DNA of 32,000 bases from an uncultured Chloroflexia bacterium (GTDB lineage Bacteria; Chloroflexota; Ktedonobacteria; Ktedonobacterales; JADMIN01), in contig CAVRAI010000003.1 of NCBI GenBank assembly GCA_963718915.1, positions 720,001-752,000 of the forward strand, read 5' to 3'. The position numbers were made by a program, and so were the translations under genes. The notes below the pieces were generated by a model. It ran no database searches and was not told the origin of the DNA. It saw only the letters and a list, made by a program, of their open reading frames with translations. Below, piece by piece: positions 7,395-15,001 of this stretch; positions within the stretch are counted from its first letter, which is position 1; every line of letters starts with the position of its first letter.

Positions 7395-7455
7395 CTGGGA
7401 GTCCGCGACGGCGGACTTCGTGGCCGCAGGCCCCACAGGCGCGGTTTGAACCGCC
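7395..7455. repeat. REP-like triple-hairpin element, copy A (intergenic)
   Basis: CTGGGAGTCCGCGACGGCGGACTTCGTGGCCGCAGGCCCCACAGGCGCGGTTTGAACCGCC. Hairpins are GTCCGC-GACG-GCGGAC, GGCC-GCA-GGCC and GCGGTT-TG-AACCGC. About 88% identical to 11688-11749. Confidence 0.8.
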
Positions 7456-7487
7456 CGCGCTGCCCAGCCCGTGTCCCTGGTGCTTTC

Positions 7488-7623
7488 TAAAACCACATAA
7501 TGCTCCGGCGAATTTCCCGCCTCCCAGGCCCATGCGCCGGAGCGTTCACGCTACGGTCTGCTCACCCCACCGCAATACCCGTGTCCGTCGCACATGCTAA
7601 AAGTACATCACGCTACGGTCAGC
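7488..7623 (-). repeat. right array of CCGTAGC-RTRATG-N3-TTTTA motifs (two full and one partial copy, reverse orientation)
   Basis: The reverse complements read CGCCGGAGCATTATGTGGTTTTA (7488-7510), GCAGACCGTAGCGTG (7547-7561, partial) and GACCGTAGCGTGATGTACTTTTA (7598-7620). Spacing is about 50-60 bp. Orientation is inverted relative to the left array. Confidence 0.6.
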
Positions 7624-7858
7624 CTCGTCCGCCACACCGCGCGGTGTTCGGAGGAATCCGCGAACCAGTGAGGAGGCGTCCTGGCGGAGAACCAGGCTAG
7701 TGGTACAACGCTGCTGGCGAAACCACGTAGTAGAGAATAACGTTGGTTTGCGGTATTGCTGGCTTGCGTGTTACCTATATGGCCTGTTATGCTGCATTCC
7801 GAACTCCAATCAGCAGCCAGACATCATAGCGGCGGTTATTTCCGCGCAGGGGGTGGAC

Positions 7859-10234
7859 ATGGCGGTATCTTCTCCCAATGGCACGCAGACCACGACGGCG
7901 AATGCTGGCAAAAGATCCTCGCGCTGGCGGCCGTTCTGGCGGCTCGTCTGGCGCATCGCTGTGACGGCCATCCTCGGCGCGATTGGCGCGGCGGCGGGCT
8001 TCTACACCGAATCGCTGCTCAAAGACCTGCCCCGACTGCCCGAACAGATACGCGACGCGCCCGACGTCGTGCGCATCGTCGTGATCGCCCTTGTCGCCAT
8101 CGTGATCGCGCTGGTCATCGCCAGCTATTTCTGGGGCAAGAAGGTCGAAGATGATGAAGAGGAGACAATTGCCCCCCGGCTGGACGAACTAGCGACGGCG
8201 GACCAGGAGATCAAGAAGGATACGGAAGAGGCGAACGTCCGGCTCATTCGGATCGAAGGTATCCTGACCCGCGAGGCGCCTGCCATCCCGGCAACCGTGC
8301 TGGCCTCCAGTCTGCCACGCCCGGTGAGGCTGATTGGCCGCGACGACCAGATACGCGACCTGATGGCATCGCTGAAAGCGGGCAAGTCGAGTAGTGTTGT
8401 GGCGCTGGAGGGTATGGGCGGCGTTGGCAAGACGGCGCTGGCAGCCGAATCAGTCGCGCGATTGGCAGAGAGCGGCGATTTCCCCGGCCGGGCGGTCTGG
8501 ATCTCGGTGGCGGGGCTGACCGGCGCCAATGGGCTGGCCGAGGTATGGACGCGCATCGGCGGCGAGCTTGGTCTGCAACAGCTTGCGACGCTGACCGAGG
8601 CCGAGGCGCGGCGGCGGGCGCTGCGCGGAGAACTGGAGGGCCGAGAGTTGACGCTGCTGGCGCTGGATAACGTCGAGCGCGATTTGGACGCCAATGCGCT
8701 GCTTGATACGCTGGCGGTCGAGGGACATACCACGCTGCTGTTGACCTCGCGCTATACTCTCGCACCGCAGCGGCTCACCACAATTACACTGCGCCCGCTA
8801 CGCACGCCCGACGCCGAGACGCTCTTCCGCGACCAGATGCGACGCAGGAACGCCAGTCGCCCCAATGCAGCCGACGAGGACTATATCGCGACACTGGCCA
8901 GACTGGTTGGCGGGTTGCCGCTGGCGGTAGAGCTTGTCGCGGCATATGCGAGTGGACAGAACCTCTCGCTCGCCACGGTACTCAAGGAATTGGGAGAGAA
9001 GGGGCTTGACGCCGCCGCCTATGATGACCCGATGTATCCACAGCGGGCGCTTGTCGCGACCTTCGAGCAGTCGTGGGCTATCCTCTTGCCAACACAGCAG
9101 CAGCTGTTCGCGGGACTCTCGCTGCTGGCGGAGTCGAGCTTCCCGCGCGCTGTGGCGCTGGCGCTGGCCGCCGCGACCGAGCCGCCCGCCCGCGAGAGCG
9201 ATCTGGCGGCGCTGGTGAGCTATGCGCTGGTCGAGCCACTGGCCGATGAGCGACAACGGCTGCACCCGCTGCTGCGCGAATACGCCACCCAGAAGCTTGC
9301 TACGCTGCCAGCCACCATAGCGGCCAGCCTGGGGCAGGCGATGGCGGCATACTGGATCGCCTATGCGAAGGAGCATCCTGGCTATGACGGCATGGACGCG
9401 CTGGCGGCTGAGAATGACGGGTTGATGGGCGCGTTGACCTGGGCGCACGACCACCAGCAGCACGAAACTTTGCTGGCGCTGGCCCACTCTCTCAGCCGCT
9501 ACTGGTTCGTGCGCGGACGCATTGACGATGCGCGTCTCGCTCGCCCCTGGGCGCTCGAAGCAGCGCAAGCGACACAGAACCAGCGTGAGACGCACTGGAC
9601 GTTGCACGAACTTGCGTTATTAAAGAGTATAACCGGCGACCTGGTGGGGGCGCAATCCGGCTTTGAGGAAGCGCTGGCGCTGGCCCGGCAGTTAGGCGAC
9701 CCGTCCGCCGAACAAGTCGAACTGCACGGCCTGGCGGTGCTCAAGCTTAAGACCGGCGATGTGGCGGGCGCCCAGGCTGGCTATGAGGAAGCACTGGCGC
9801 TGGCCCAGCAACTGCACGACCCGTCCGCCGAGTTTGCCGAACTGCACGAACTGGCGGTGCTCAAGAGCAAGATCGGCGACCTGGTGGGGGCGCAATCCGG
9901 CTTTGAGGAAGCACTGGCGCTGGCCCGGCAACTGCATGACCCGGCGGATATTGCGATGGAGTTGCGCAACCTCGGTGCCCTGCTTGGGCAGAACGGCCAG
10001 CCAGAGCGCGGGCGGACGATGATCGAGGAAAGCCTGACACTGAGCGAGCAGTTGCGTGATCCGCAGGCGATTGGCGATTGTCACCAGTTTCTGGCCTGGC
10101 TCGACCGAGCTGCGGGCAACCACGCTGGCGCCATACAGCACTACCGCGAGGCGCTGCGCCGTTTCGAGCAGGTGCGCTCGCCCGATGCCGAAGATGTGCG
10201 TCGCGATCTACGCGCGCTGGGCGAGGACGCCTGA
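7859..10234 (+). CDS. membrane-anchored NB-ARC (AP-ATPase) STAND NTPase with C-terminal TPR array
   Basis: Preferred start is the ATG at 7859 (MAVSSPNG); the track start at 7700 is a GTG extension. Two N-terminal TM helices and a short acidic/coiled segment. Walker A is LEGMGGVGKTALA and Walker B is LTLLALDNVE. Also LLLTSR, the GLPLA motif (GGLPLAVELVAAY) and an MHD-like LHPLLREYA. These are followed by at least five 40-aa TPR-like units. Confidence 0.85.
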   Translation: MAVSSPNGTQTTTANAGKRSSRWRPFWRLVWRIAVTAILGAIGAAAGFYTESLLKDLPRLPEQIRDAPDVVRIVVIALVAIVIALVIASYFWGKKVEDDEEETIAPRLDELATADQEIKKDTEEANVRLIRIEGILTREAPAIPATVLASSLPRPVRLIGRDDQIRDLMASLKAGKSSSVVALEGMGGVGKTALAAESVARLAESGDFPGRAVWISVAGLTGANGLAEVWTRIGGELGLQQLATLTEAEARRRALRGELEGRELTLLALDNVERDLDANALLDTLAVEGHTTLLLTSRYTLAPQRLTTITLRPLRTPDAETLFRDQMRRRNASRPNAADEDYIATLARLVGGLPLAVELVAAYASGQNLSLATVLKELGEKGLDAAAYDDPMYPQRALVATFEQSWAILLPTQQQLFAGLSLLAESSFPRAVALALAAATEPPARESDLAALVSYALVEPLADERQRLHPLLREYATQKLATLPATIAASLGQAMAAYWIAYAKEHPGYDGMDALAAENDGLMGALTWAHDHQQHETLLALAHSLSRYWFVRGRIDDARLARPWALEAAQATQNQRETHWTLHELALLKSITGDLVGAQSGFEEALALARQLGDPSAEQVELHGLAVLKLKTGDVAGAQAGYEEALALAQQLHDPSAEFAELHELAVLKSKIGDLVGAQSGFEEALALARQLHDPADIAMELRNLGALLGQNGQPERGRTMIEESLTLSEQLRDPQAIGDCHQFLAWLDRAAGNHAGAIQHYREALRRFEQVRSPDAEDVRRDLRALGEDA
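9601..9960 (+). repeat. three tandem 120-bp units encoding near-identical TPR repeats
   Basis: Units 9601-9720, 9721-9840 and 9841-9960. A stretch of about 56 nt, GGCGACCTGGTGGGGGCGCAATCCGGCTTTGAGGAAGC.CTGGCGCTGGCCCGGCA, recurs at 9636 and 9876 with one difference. Confidence 0.9.
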
Positions 10235-10323
10235 GCGACGAATGGTATACTAGCGAGAGGCAAACAATATGCGCAGCCAGAGAATGTCATCGAATGGCGG
10301 CGATTACTTTGAGGTGACGCGCG

Positions 10324-10424
10324 CCGTAGGCTGAAGCCCTACGGCTAATCCTGTTCGTTCGGTTCCCACATAGATGGTGAGCGCGAACGCAGAGGCGGAG
10401 ACTAGCCGCGGCATTTATGCCGCG
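10324..10424. repeat. intergenic GC-rich hairpins
   Basis: CCGTAGG-CTGAAGC-CCTACGG (10324-10344) and CGCGGCAT-TT-ATGCCGCG (10407-10424), both with perfect stems. Confidence 0.75.
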
Positions 10425-10499
10425 AAGGTGGCCCCAGTATCTCCTTGACCATATAAACAGTGTCTTCATTACATATCCGCACGCCAAGGAGAGCCGCCC

Positions 10500-11588
10500 G
10501 TGATCGAGCCGCGTGATACGCCATCGGGGGATGCCGCCAGTGTGGAGCGGCGGGCGTTCGCGTGGCGCGCGCTGCTGGCGTGGTACGCCGCCGAGGGGCG
10601 GGCGGCGCTGCCCTGGCGCCACACCCGCGACCCGTATGCTGTCCTTGTCTCCGAAGTGATGCTCCAGCAGACGCAGGTGGAGCGCGTGCTACCGAAGTAT
10701 CGCGCCTTCCTGGAACAGTTCCCCACGCTGGCCGATCTGGCCGCCGCGCCGGTTGCCGAGGTCATTCGCGCCTGGGCGGGCCTGGGCTACAACATGCGCG
10801 CCGTCCGGCTGCACGAGATTGCGCGCCAGGCCGTCGAGCGCTATGAGGGGACGCTGCCCGGCAGCCTGGACGAGCTGCTCCATCTGAAGGGCATCGGCCG
10901 CTATACCGCTGGCGCAGTGGCCTGCTTTGCCTTCGAGCAGCCCGTCGCCACCGTGGACACCAACATCCGCCGCGTGCTCTGGCGTATCTTCCGTGGCGTC
11001 GAGCCAGCCGTCTGGCCTGCCGATAGCGCGTTCCAGCGCCAGATGCTCGAAGTGGCCGAGTGGGCGCTGCCACCCGATCACGCCTACGACTGGCAGCAGG
11101 CGCTGATGGATCTGGGCGCGACCGTCTGTCTGGCGCGCCGCCCGCTCTGCGAACGCTGTCCGCTCGCCGACTGCTGCGCCGCCTATCAAGAGGCCGCGCG
11201 CGTCTCGCTTTTCCCTTCCGGCGAGGTGGTGGCCCAACTGCGCGATGAGCGCGCCGCTGAAACAGACGGCGACGAACAATCCGTCCGTAAAGTAGCTGAG
11301 CGCCGCGCCGGGTATGCGACCGATACGGCGGGCAAACGGCGTCCATCGGCGCAGCCGTTCACCAGCACATCGCGCTACTTTCGCGGGCGGGTCGTCGCGA
11401 TCCTGCGCGAGATGCCGTCTGGCGCGACGCTCTCGCTGGCCGAGCTTGGCCCGCGTCTCAAGCCCGAATACTACGCCGCCGACTATCCCTGGCTACGCGC
11501 GCTGGTCGAGCGACTGGCGCGGGATGGGCTGGTGCGGCTGGCCGGAGACATCGAAGCTGCCAGCGCGGCGTATGTCTCGCTGCCATAA
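10500..11588 (+). CDS. mutY: A/G-specific adenine DNA glycosylase (MutY-like) with non-canonical C-terminal domain
   Basis: GTG start with AAGGAG 9 nt upstream. PWR..RDPY.VLVSEVMLQQTQV, the HhH motif LKGIGRYTAGAV, the catalytic-Asp motif VDTNIRRV and the 4Fe-4S loop C-x6-C-x2-C-x5-C (CLARRPLCERCPLADCC). The C-terminal ~130 aa look winged-helix-like rather than NUDIX-like. Confidence 0.88.
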   Translation: MIEPRDTPSGDAASVERRAFAWRALLAWYAAEGRAALPWRHTRDPYAVLVSEVMLQQTQVERVLPKYRAFLEQFPTLADLAAAPVAEVIRAWAGLGYNMRAVRLHEIARQAVERYEGTLPGSLDELLHLKGIGRYTAGAVACFAFEQPVATVDTNIRRVLWRIFRGVEPAVWPADSAFQRQMLEVAEWALPPDHAYDWQQALMDLGATVCLARRPLCERCPLADCCAAYQEAARVSLFPSGEVVAQLRDERAAETDGDEQSVRKVAERRAGYATDTAGKRRPSAQPFTSTSRYFRGRVVAILREMPSGATLSLAELGPRLKPEYYAADYPWLRALVERLARDGLVRLAGDIEAASAAYVSLP

Positions 11589-11620
11589 ACGCGGACTTTC
11601 GATGATAACAAGGAGCGCGT

Positions 11621-12952
11621 ATGAACAACACGCCGCCTCCAGCGAGCGAGCAATCTTTGCCAGCAGAACCAGTGCGCCAGCTGGAGTCTGGGAAGTCCGC
11701 GCAGGCGGACTTTGTGGCCGCAGGCCCTCAAGGCGCGGTTTTAACCGCCAGCGCCTCCACACCCCGCACAACAGGCCGTCGCCTGGCGCGTGGTTGCCTG
11801 ACCTCACTGAGCTGGCTGGCGCGGGCAGCGCTGCTGGCGTTGCTGCTTCTTGGCGTCTTCCTCTCGCTCTTCCCCAATGGGCGCGCCGCTCTACGGGGGA
11901 CGCTGCTGGTACCCGCCGTCCTGCTGCCAAACAAGACGACGCCGCTCACCGCGACCGGCAACACCGTTCGCCATAGCACGATGGTCGTCACCGCGCGCTC
12001 CGGGCCGGTCTACCTGGATATCTACGAGCCAGCGGATAGCGCGCCACCACTGCCCGGCGCGCGTGAGGGTGTGGTGGTCATCCCTGGCATTGGCGACGAA
12101 CGCAAAGACTCACAGCTCATCAACCTCTCGACCTCGCTGGCGCGTGAGGGGATCGTCGTGATGGACCTGACGACGCCCGCGCTCATCGCCCGACGGCTCG
12201 ACCCCGACGACGTAGACGCCGTCGTCCAGGCGTTTCTGGCGCTGGAGCATCATCCCTCGGTTGGCGCGGGGCGCGCGGGCATCCTCGGCATCAGCGGCGG
12301 CGGCGATCTTGGCATGCTGGCGGCGGCTGATCCGCGCATCCGCGATCAACTGGGCTTCATGATGCTCTTCGGCGGCTACTACGACGCCACCTCGCTGCTG
12401 CGGGACTTCGGGCGGCGCGCGCTCGACGTGGATGGCACGCTCGAACCCTGGACGCCCAACCCCGTGCCGGTGGAGGCGCTGGCCAAGACGATAGCCCCGA
12501 CGCTCAGCGCGAGCGAGGGCAAGCTGCTGGTGGGTGCGCTCTCGGAGCATGGCAAGCCGCTCACCGCTGTGCAACTCGCCAGCCTCTCGCCCGGCGCGCT
12601 CGCCGCGTACCATCTGCTCCACGGCGACGACCCCACCCATGTGGATGCCAATATTGCCGCGCTCACGCCCGCCATGCGGCGCGATCTGGTGGCGCTCTCG
12701 CCCAGCGCGGTTTTGGGTGACATTCACGCGCCGATCTACCTGCTGCACGACCGCAACGATACGTATGTGCCCTTCACCGAGTCGCGCGCCTTCGCGGCGG
12801 CGCTGGTCCAGGCGAATCATCCGCATGACTTCGTGGAGCTTAATATCTTCGCCCATGTCGAGGTAAAGTCGGGGCAGGGATTTGGCCCGCTGGTGGGTGA
12901 TGGCGTGCGGCTCTTCGGCATCCTGACCGAACTGCTGGAGCATGCCTCGTAG
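11621..12952 (+). CDS. membrane-anchored alpha/beta hydrolase (S9/dienelactone-hydrolase-like)
   Basis: ATG with AAGGAG 5 nt upstream. N-terminal TM helix (LSWLARAALLALLLLGVFLSLF), nucleophile elbow GISGGG, YLLHDRNDTYVP (Asp) and FAHVE (His). Confidence 0.8.
   Translation: MNNTPPPASEQSLPAEPVRQLESGKSAQADFVAAGPQGAVLTASASTPRTTGRRLARGCLTSLSWLARAALLALLLLGVFLSLFPNGRAALRGTLLVPAVLLPNKTTPLTATGNTVRHSTMVVTARSGPVYLDIYEPADSAPPLPGAREGVVVIPGIGDERKDSQLINLSTSLAREGIVVMDLTTPALIARRLDPDDVDAVVQAFLALEHHPSVGAGRAGILGISGGGDLGMLAAADPRIRDQLGFMMLFGGYYDATSLLRDFGRRALDVDGTLEPWTPNPVPVEALAKTIAPTLSASEGKLLVGALSEHGKPLTAVQLASLSPGALAAYHLLHGDDPTHVDANIAALTPAMRRDLVALSPSAVLGDIHAPIYLLHDRNDTYVPFTESRAFAAALVQANHPHDFVELNIFAHVEVKSGQGFGPLVGDGVRLFGILTELLEHAS
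11688..11749. repeat. REP-like triple-hairpin element, copy B (inside the hydrolase coding region)
   Basis: CTGGGAAGTCCGCGCAGGCGGACTTTGTGGCCGCAGGCCCTCAAGGCGCGGTTTTAACCGCC. It has the same three stems as copy A with different loops, and is translated in frame as SGKSAQADFVAAGPQGAVLTA. Confidence 0.8.
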
Positions 12953-12973
12953 GAATTTGGAAGGCGCGGCATT

Positions 12974-13300
12974 ATGACAACGTCGGACGAAGAGAAGCAG
13001 TCGCTGACGCTGAGTGACGCACAAAGCGCGGTAGACGCCTCGATTCAGGCGCTGGGAGGCTACTGGCCGCCGCTGGCGAACCTCGCGCGGCTCTTCGAGG
13101 AGTGTGGCGAGCTGGCGCGGGCGGTCAACCAGGCGCATGGCCCAAAGCCAGTCAAGTCGGGCGAGGTCGCCGCCTCGCTTGAAGAGGAGTTGGGCGACGT
13201 ACTTTATATTACGCTCGTGCTGGCTAACAATCTTGGCCTCGACGCAACGACAGCGCTGGAGGGCGCGCTGGCCCGTGCCAGGCAACGCGCCGCGAAGTAA
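12974..13300 (+). CDS. MazG-like nucleotide pyrophosphohydrolase (single-domain)
   Basis: 108 aa. EECGELARAV and EELGDVLYITLVLAN are the paired EExxE/EExxD metal-binding helices of all-alpha NTP-PPases. Confidence 0.75.
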   Translation: MTTSDEEKQSLTLSDAQSAVDASIQALGGYWPPLANLARLFEECGELARAVNQAHGPKPVKSGEVAASLEEELGDVLYITLVLANNLGLDATTALEGALARARQRAAK

Positions 13301-13394
13301 GGGGGCGCGGATATGTCATAGTGTGTAACCAAAGACCATACCGAAGAGTAGATATTGGGTAACATGAAGCTTCCTGATAGAAGAAGGAGCATGT

Positions 13395-13928
13395 ATGTCG
13401 GCAGGTGACGAAATCGCGGACGAGACGAAGGCTGCCAAGGACGCGACCAATGAGCTTGATCCCCGGCTGAATGACCGCAGCCCCTACCAGGGCTGCTTTG
13501 CCTGTGGCCTGCGTAACGATGTCGGGCTGAAGCTGACCTTCTGGATGGAGGGCGATGAAATCGTCACCGAGTTCACGCCGGATGCGCACTATCAGGGATT
13601 CCCCGGCGTGCTGCATGGCGGCATCCTGGCGACACTGCTCGACGAAACGCTCAGCCGCACCGCCAGCATCGAAGGGCGCTGGATGATGACCGGACGGCTG
13701 GAGATCCGCTATCGGCGTCCCGCGCCAATGGGGCCGCGCCTGCGGGTGACGGCGCGCCAACTCTCGTCGCGCTCGCGGATGGTACACGCGGAGGGCGAGG
13801 TGCGGCTAGCCGACGATCCCAGCATAATCCTGGCCGACGCGCGCGGCGTCTTTCTGCGCGTCCCCGAAGAGTATCAGAAGGAGGCAGCCGCGAATTATCC
13901 TGGCGCGGAAGAGTTTTTCAAGATGTAG
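13395..13928 (+). CDS. PaaI-family hotdog-fold thioesterase
   Basis: ATG with AAGGAG 6 nt upstream. CFACG..N..GLKL and GFPGVLHGGILATLLDE are typical PaaI/4HBT-type motifs. Confidence 0.8.
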   Translation: MSAGDEIADETKAAKDATNELDPRLNDRSPYQGCFACGLRNDVGLKLTFWMEGDEIVTEFTPDAHYQGFPGVLHGGILATLLDETLSRTASIEGRWMMTGRLEIRYRRPAPMGPRLRVTARQLSSRSRMVHAEGEVRLADDPSIILADARGVFLRVPEEYQKEAAANYPGAEEFFKM

Positions 13929-13934
13929 GTGGCT

Positions 13935-14095
13935 GGCGGCTAAAGCCGCGCCTAGGGGATGCGCACGCGCATCCACAAAGCCTGCCTGCGCAGGCTCCAG
14001 AGCGCGAAAGCGCCTGGCTTTGAACGTTTCTGGAGGCCGCATAGGCGGCCTTTGCGGCGGCCCGCAGGAAGCCCTTAGCCGCGGCTTCAGCCGCC
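13935..14095. repeat. array of about 6-7 short GC-rich hairpins (2-4 nt loops)
   Basis: GGATGCGC-AC-GCGCATCC (13957-13974), AGCCTGC-CTGC-GCAGGCT (13979-13996), GCGC-GAAA-GCGC, AGGCCGC-ATAG-GCGGCCT (14034-14051), TGCGG-CGGC-CCGCA and AGCCGCGGCT. Read as protein they give spurious PAQAGFV-type ORFs. Confidence 0.8.
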
Positions 14096-14154
14096 AAGGC
14101 TCACAAATAGCACACAGCGTAGTGGCACAGCCCCTGGAAAGGGAATCCGCAGCG

Positions 14155-14967
14155 ATGACAGCTCAAAACACTCAATTTCCCCGCTATACCGTCCGCCCAC
14201 CCGAACCCATCGAGGTTGGGCCGGACTCCATCCCCGCGCTAGTTGTGCGCCCGGAGGCTGAGGATCCTCGTCCCGCCGCCCTGGTGCAGCACGGCTACGG
14301 CGCATCCAAGGCTGATCTGCTGCCGCTCGGCCAGTTTTTGGCGTCCTACGGCTTCGTGGCGCTGCTGCCCGACGCCTGGGGACACGGCGACCGCTTCCCC
14401 ACCAGCGGCCCGAACTGGATGTCGTGCTTCTCCGCCGACTTCATCGTCGAGGTGCTGCGCCATACAGTCGATGATATGGGCGTCGCGCTGACCGCGCTGT
14501 TGGAGCGACCTGATGTGCGGCCCGGAGGCGCGCTGCTGGCGGGCTTCTCGCTTGGCGCGATTGCCTCGCTGATCGTGGGCGCCGAAGACCCGCGCGCGAC
14601 AGGCATCTACTCGATCTCCGGCTCGCCCGTGCCCGATCTGGCGCATATGCTGCCTGCGGGGTTGCCCGGCCCTGGTCCCGAGGCCGAACTTTGGGCGCGC
14701 GCCCACGACTGCGCGGAACACCTGGCCGCGTTCGCGCCCAAGCCTCTGCTGCTCCAGCACGGTCGCCATGACGATATGGTGCCGGTGGGTGGCTCGCTAC
14801 GCATCTACGAAACCGCGCAGCCGCTCTATGCCGCGCATCCCGACCGCCTGGGCCTGATGCTCTACGACCACCGCCACGACGTGACCGAGGCCGAGGTCAA
14901 CGAAGGGGTGCAGTGGCTCCTGCCTTTCTACGCCAGCGCCTATGAGGATAACGAGTCGGTGGCGTGA
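14155..14967 (+). CDS. alpha/beta hydrolase (dienelactone hydrolase/peptidase S9-like)
   Basis: Preferred start is the ATG at 14155 (MTAQNTQF), because the track start at 14020 lies inside the hairpin array. Nucleophile elbow GFSLGA, QHGRHDDMVP (Asp) and YDHRH (His). Confidence 0.8.
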   Translation: MTAQNTQFPRYTVRPPEPIEVGPDSIPALVVRPEAEDPRPAALVQHGYGASKADLLPLGQFLASYGFVALLPDAWGHGDRFPTSGPNWMSCFSADFIVEVLRHTVDDMGVALTALLERPDVRPGGALLAGFSLGAIASLIVGAEDPRATGIYSISGSPVPDLAHMLPAGLPGPGPEAELWARAHDCAEHLAAFAPKPLLLQHGRHDDMVPVGGSLRIYETAQPLYAAHPDRLGLMLYDHRHDVTEAEVNEGVQWLLPFYASAYEDNESVA

Positions 14968-15001
14968 TCAGAAACCACGATGAAGCGCAAGGGCTGGGCC
15001 G

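Noticed and set aside
7700-7858. GTG-initiated 53-aa extension of the STAND gene
   Set aside because: The Cys/Trp-rich segment (MVQRCWRNHVVENN...) looks non-native and lower in GC. The ATG at 7859 is preceded by a purine-rich RBS-like stretch and starts a sensible cytoplasmic tail before TM1.
8125-9607. Several 170-270-aa minus-strand ORFs inside the NB-ARC gene
   Set aside because: Ser/Arg/Pro-rich shadow ORFs. The plus frame carries the complete NB-ARC motif set.
12110-13285. 391-aa minus-strand ORF antisense to the hydrolase and MazG genes
   Set aside because: Arg/Gln/His-rich with no recognisable motifs. It is a typical high-GC antisense shadow ORF. The plus-strand genes have strong RBSs and family motifs.
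14020-14154. 45-aa N-terminal extension of the second hydrolase
   Set aside because: It is encoded entirely by the intergenic hairpin array (GGRIGGLCGGPQEALSRGFSRQ...), so the ATG at 14155 is preferred.
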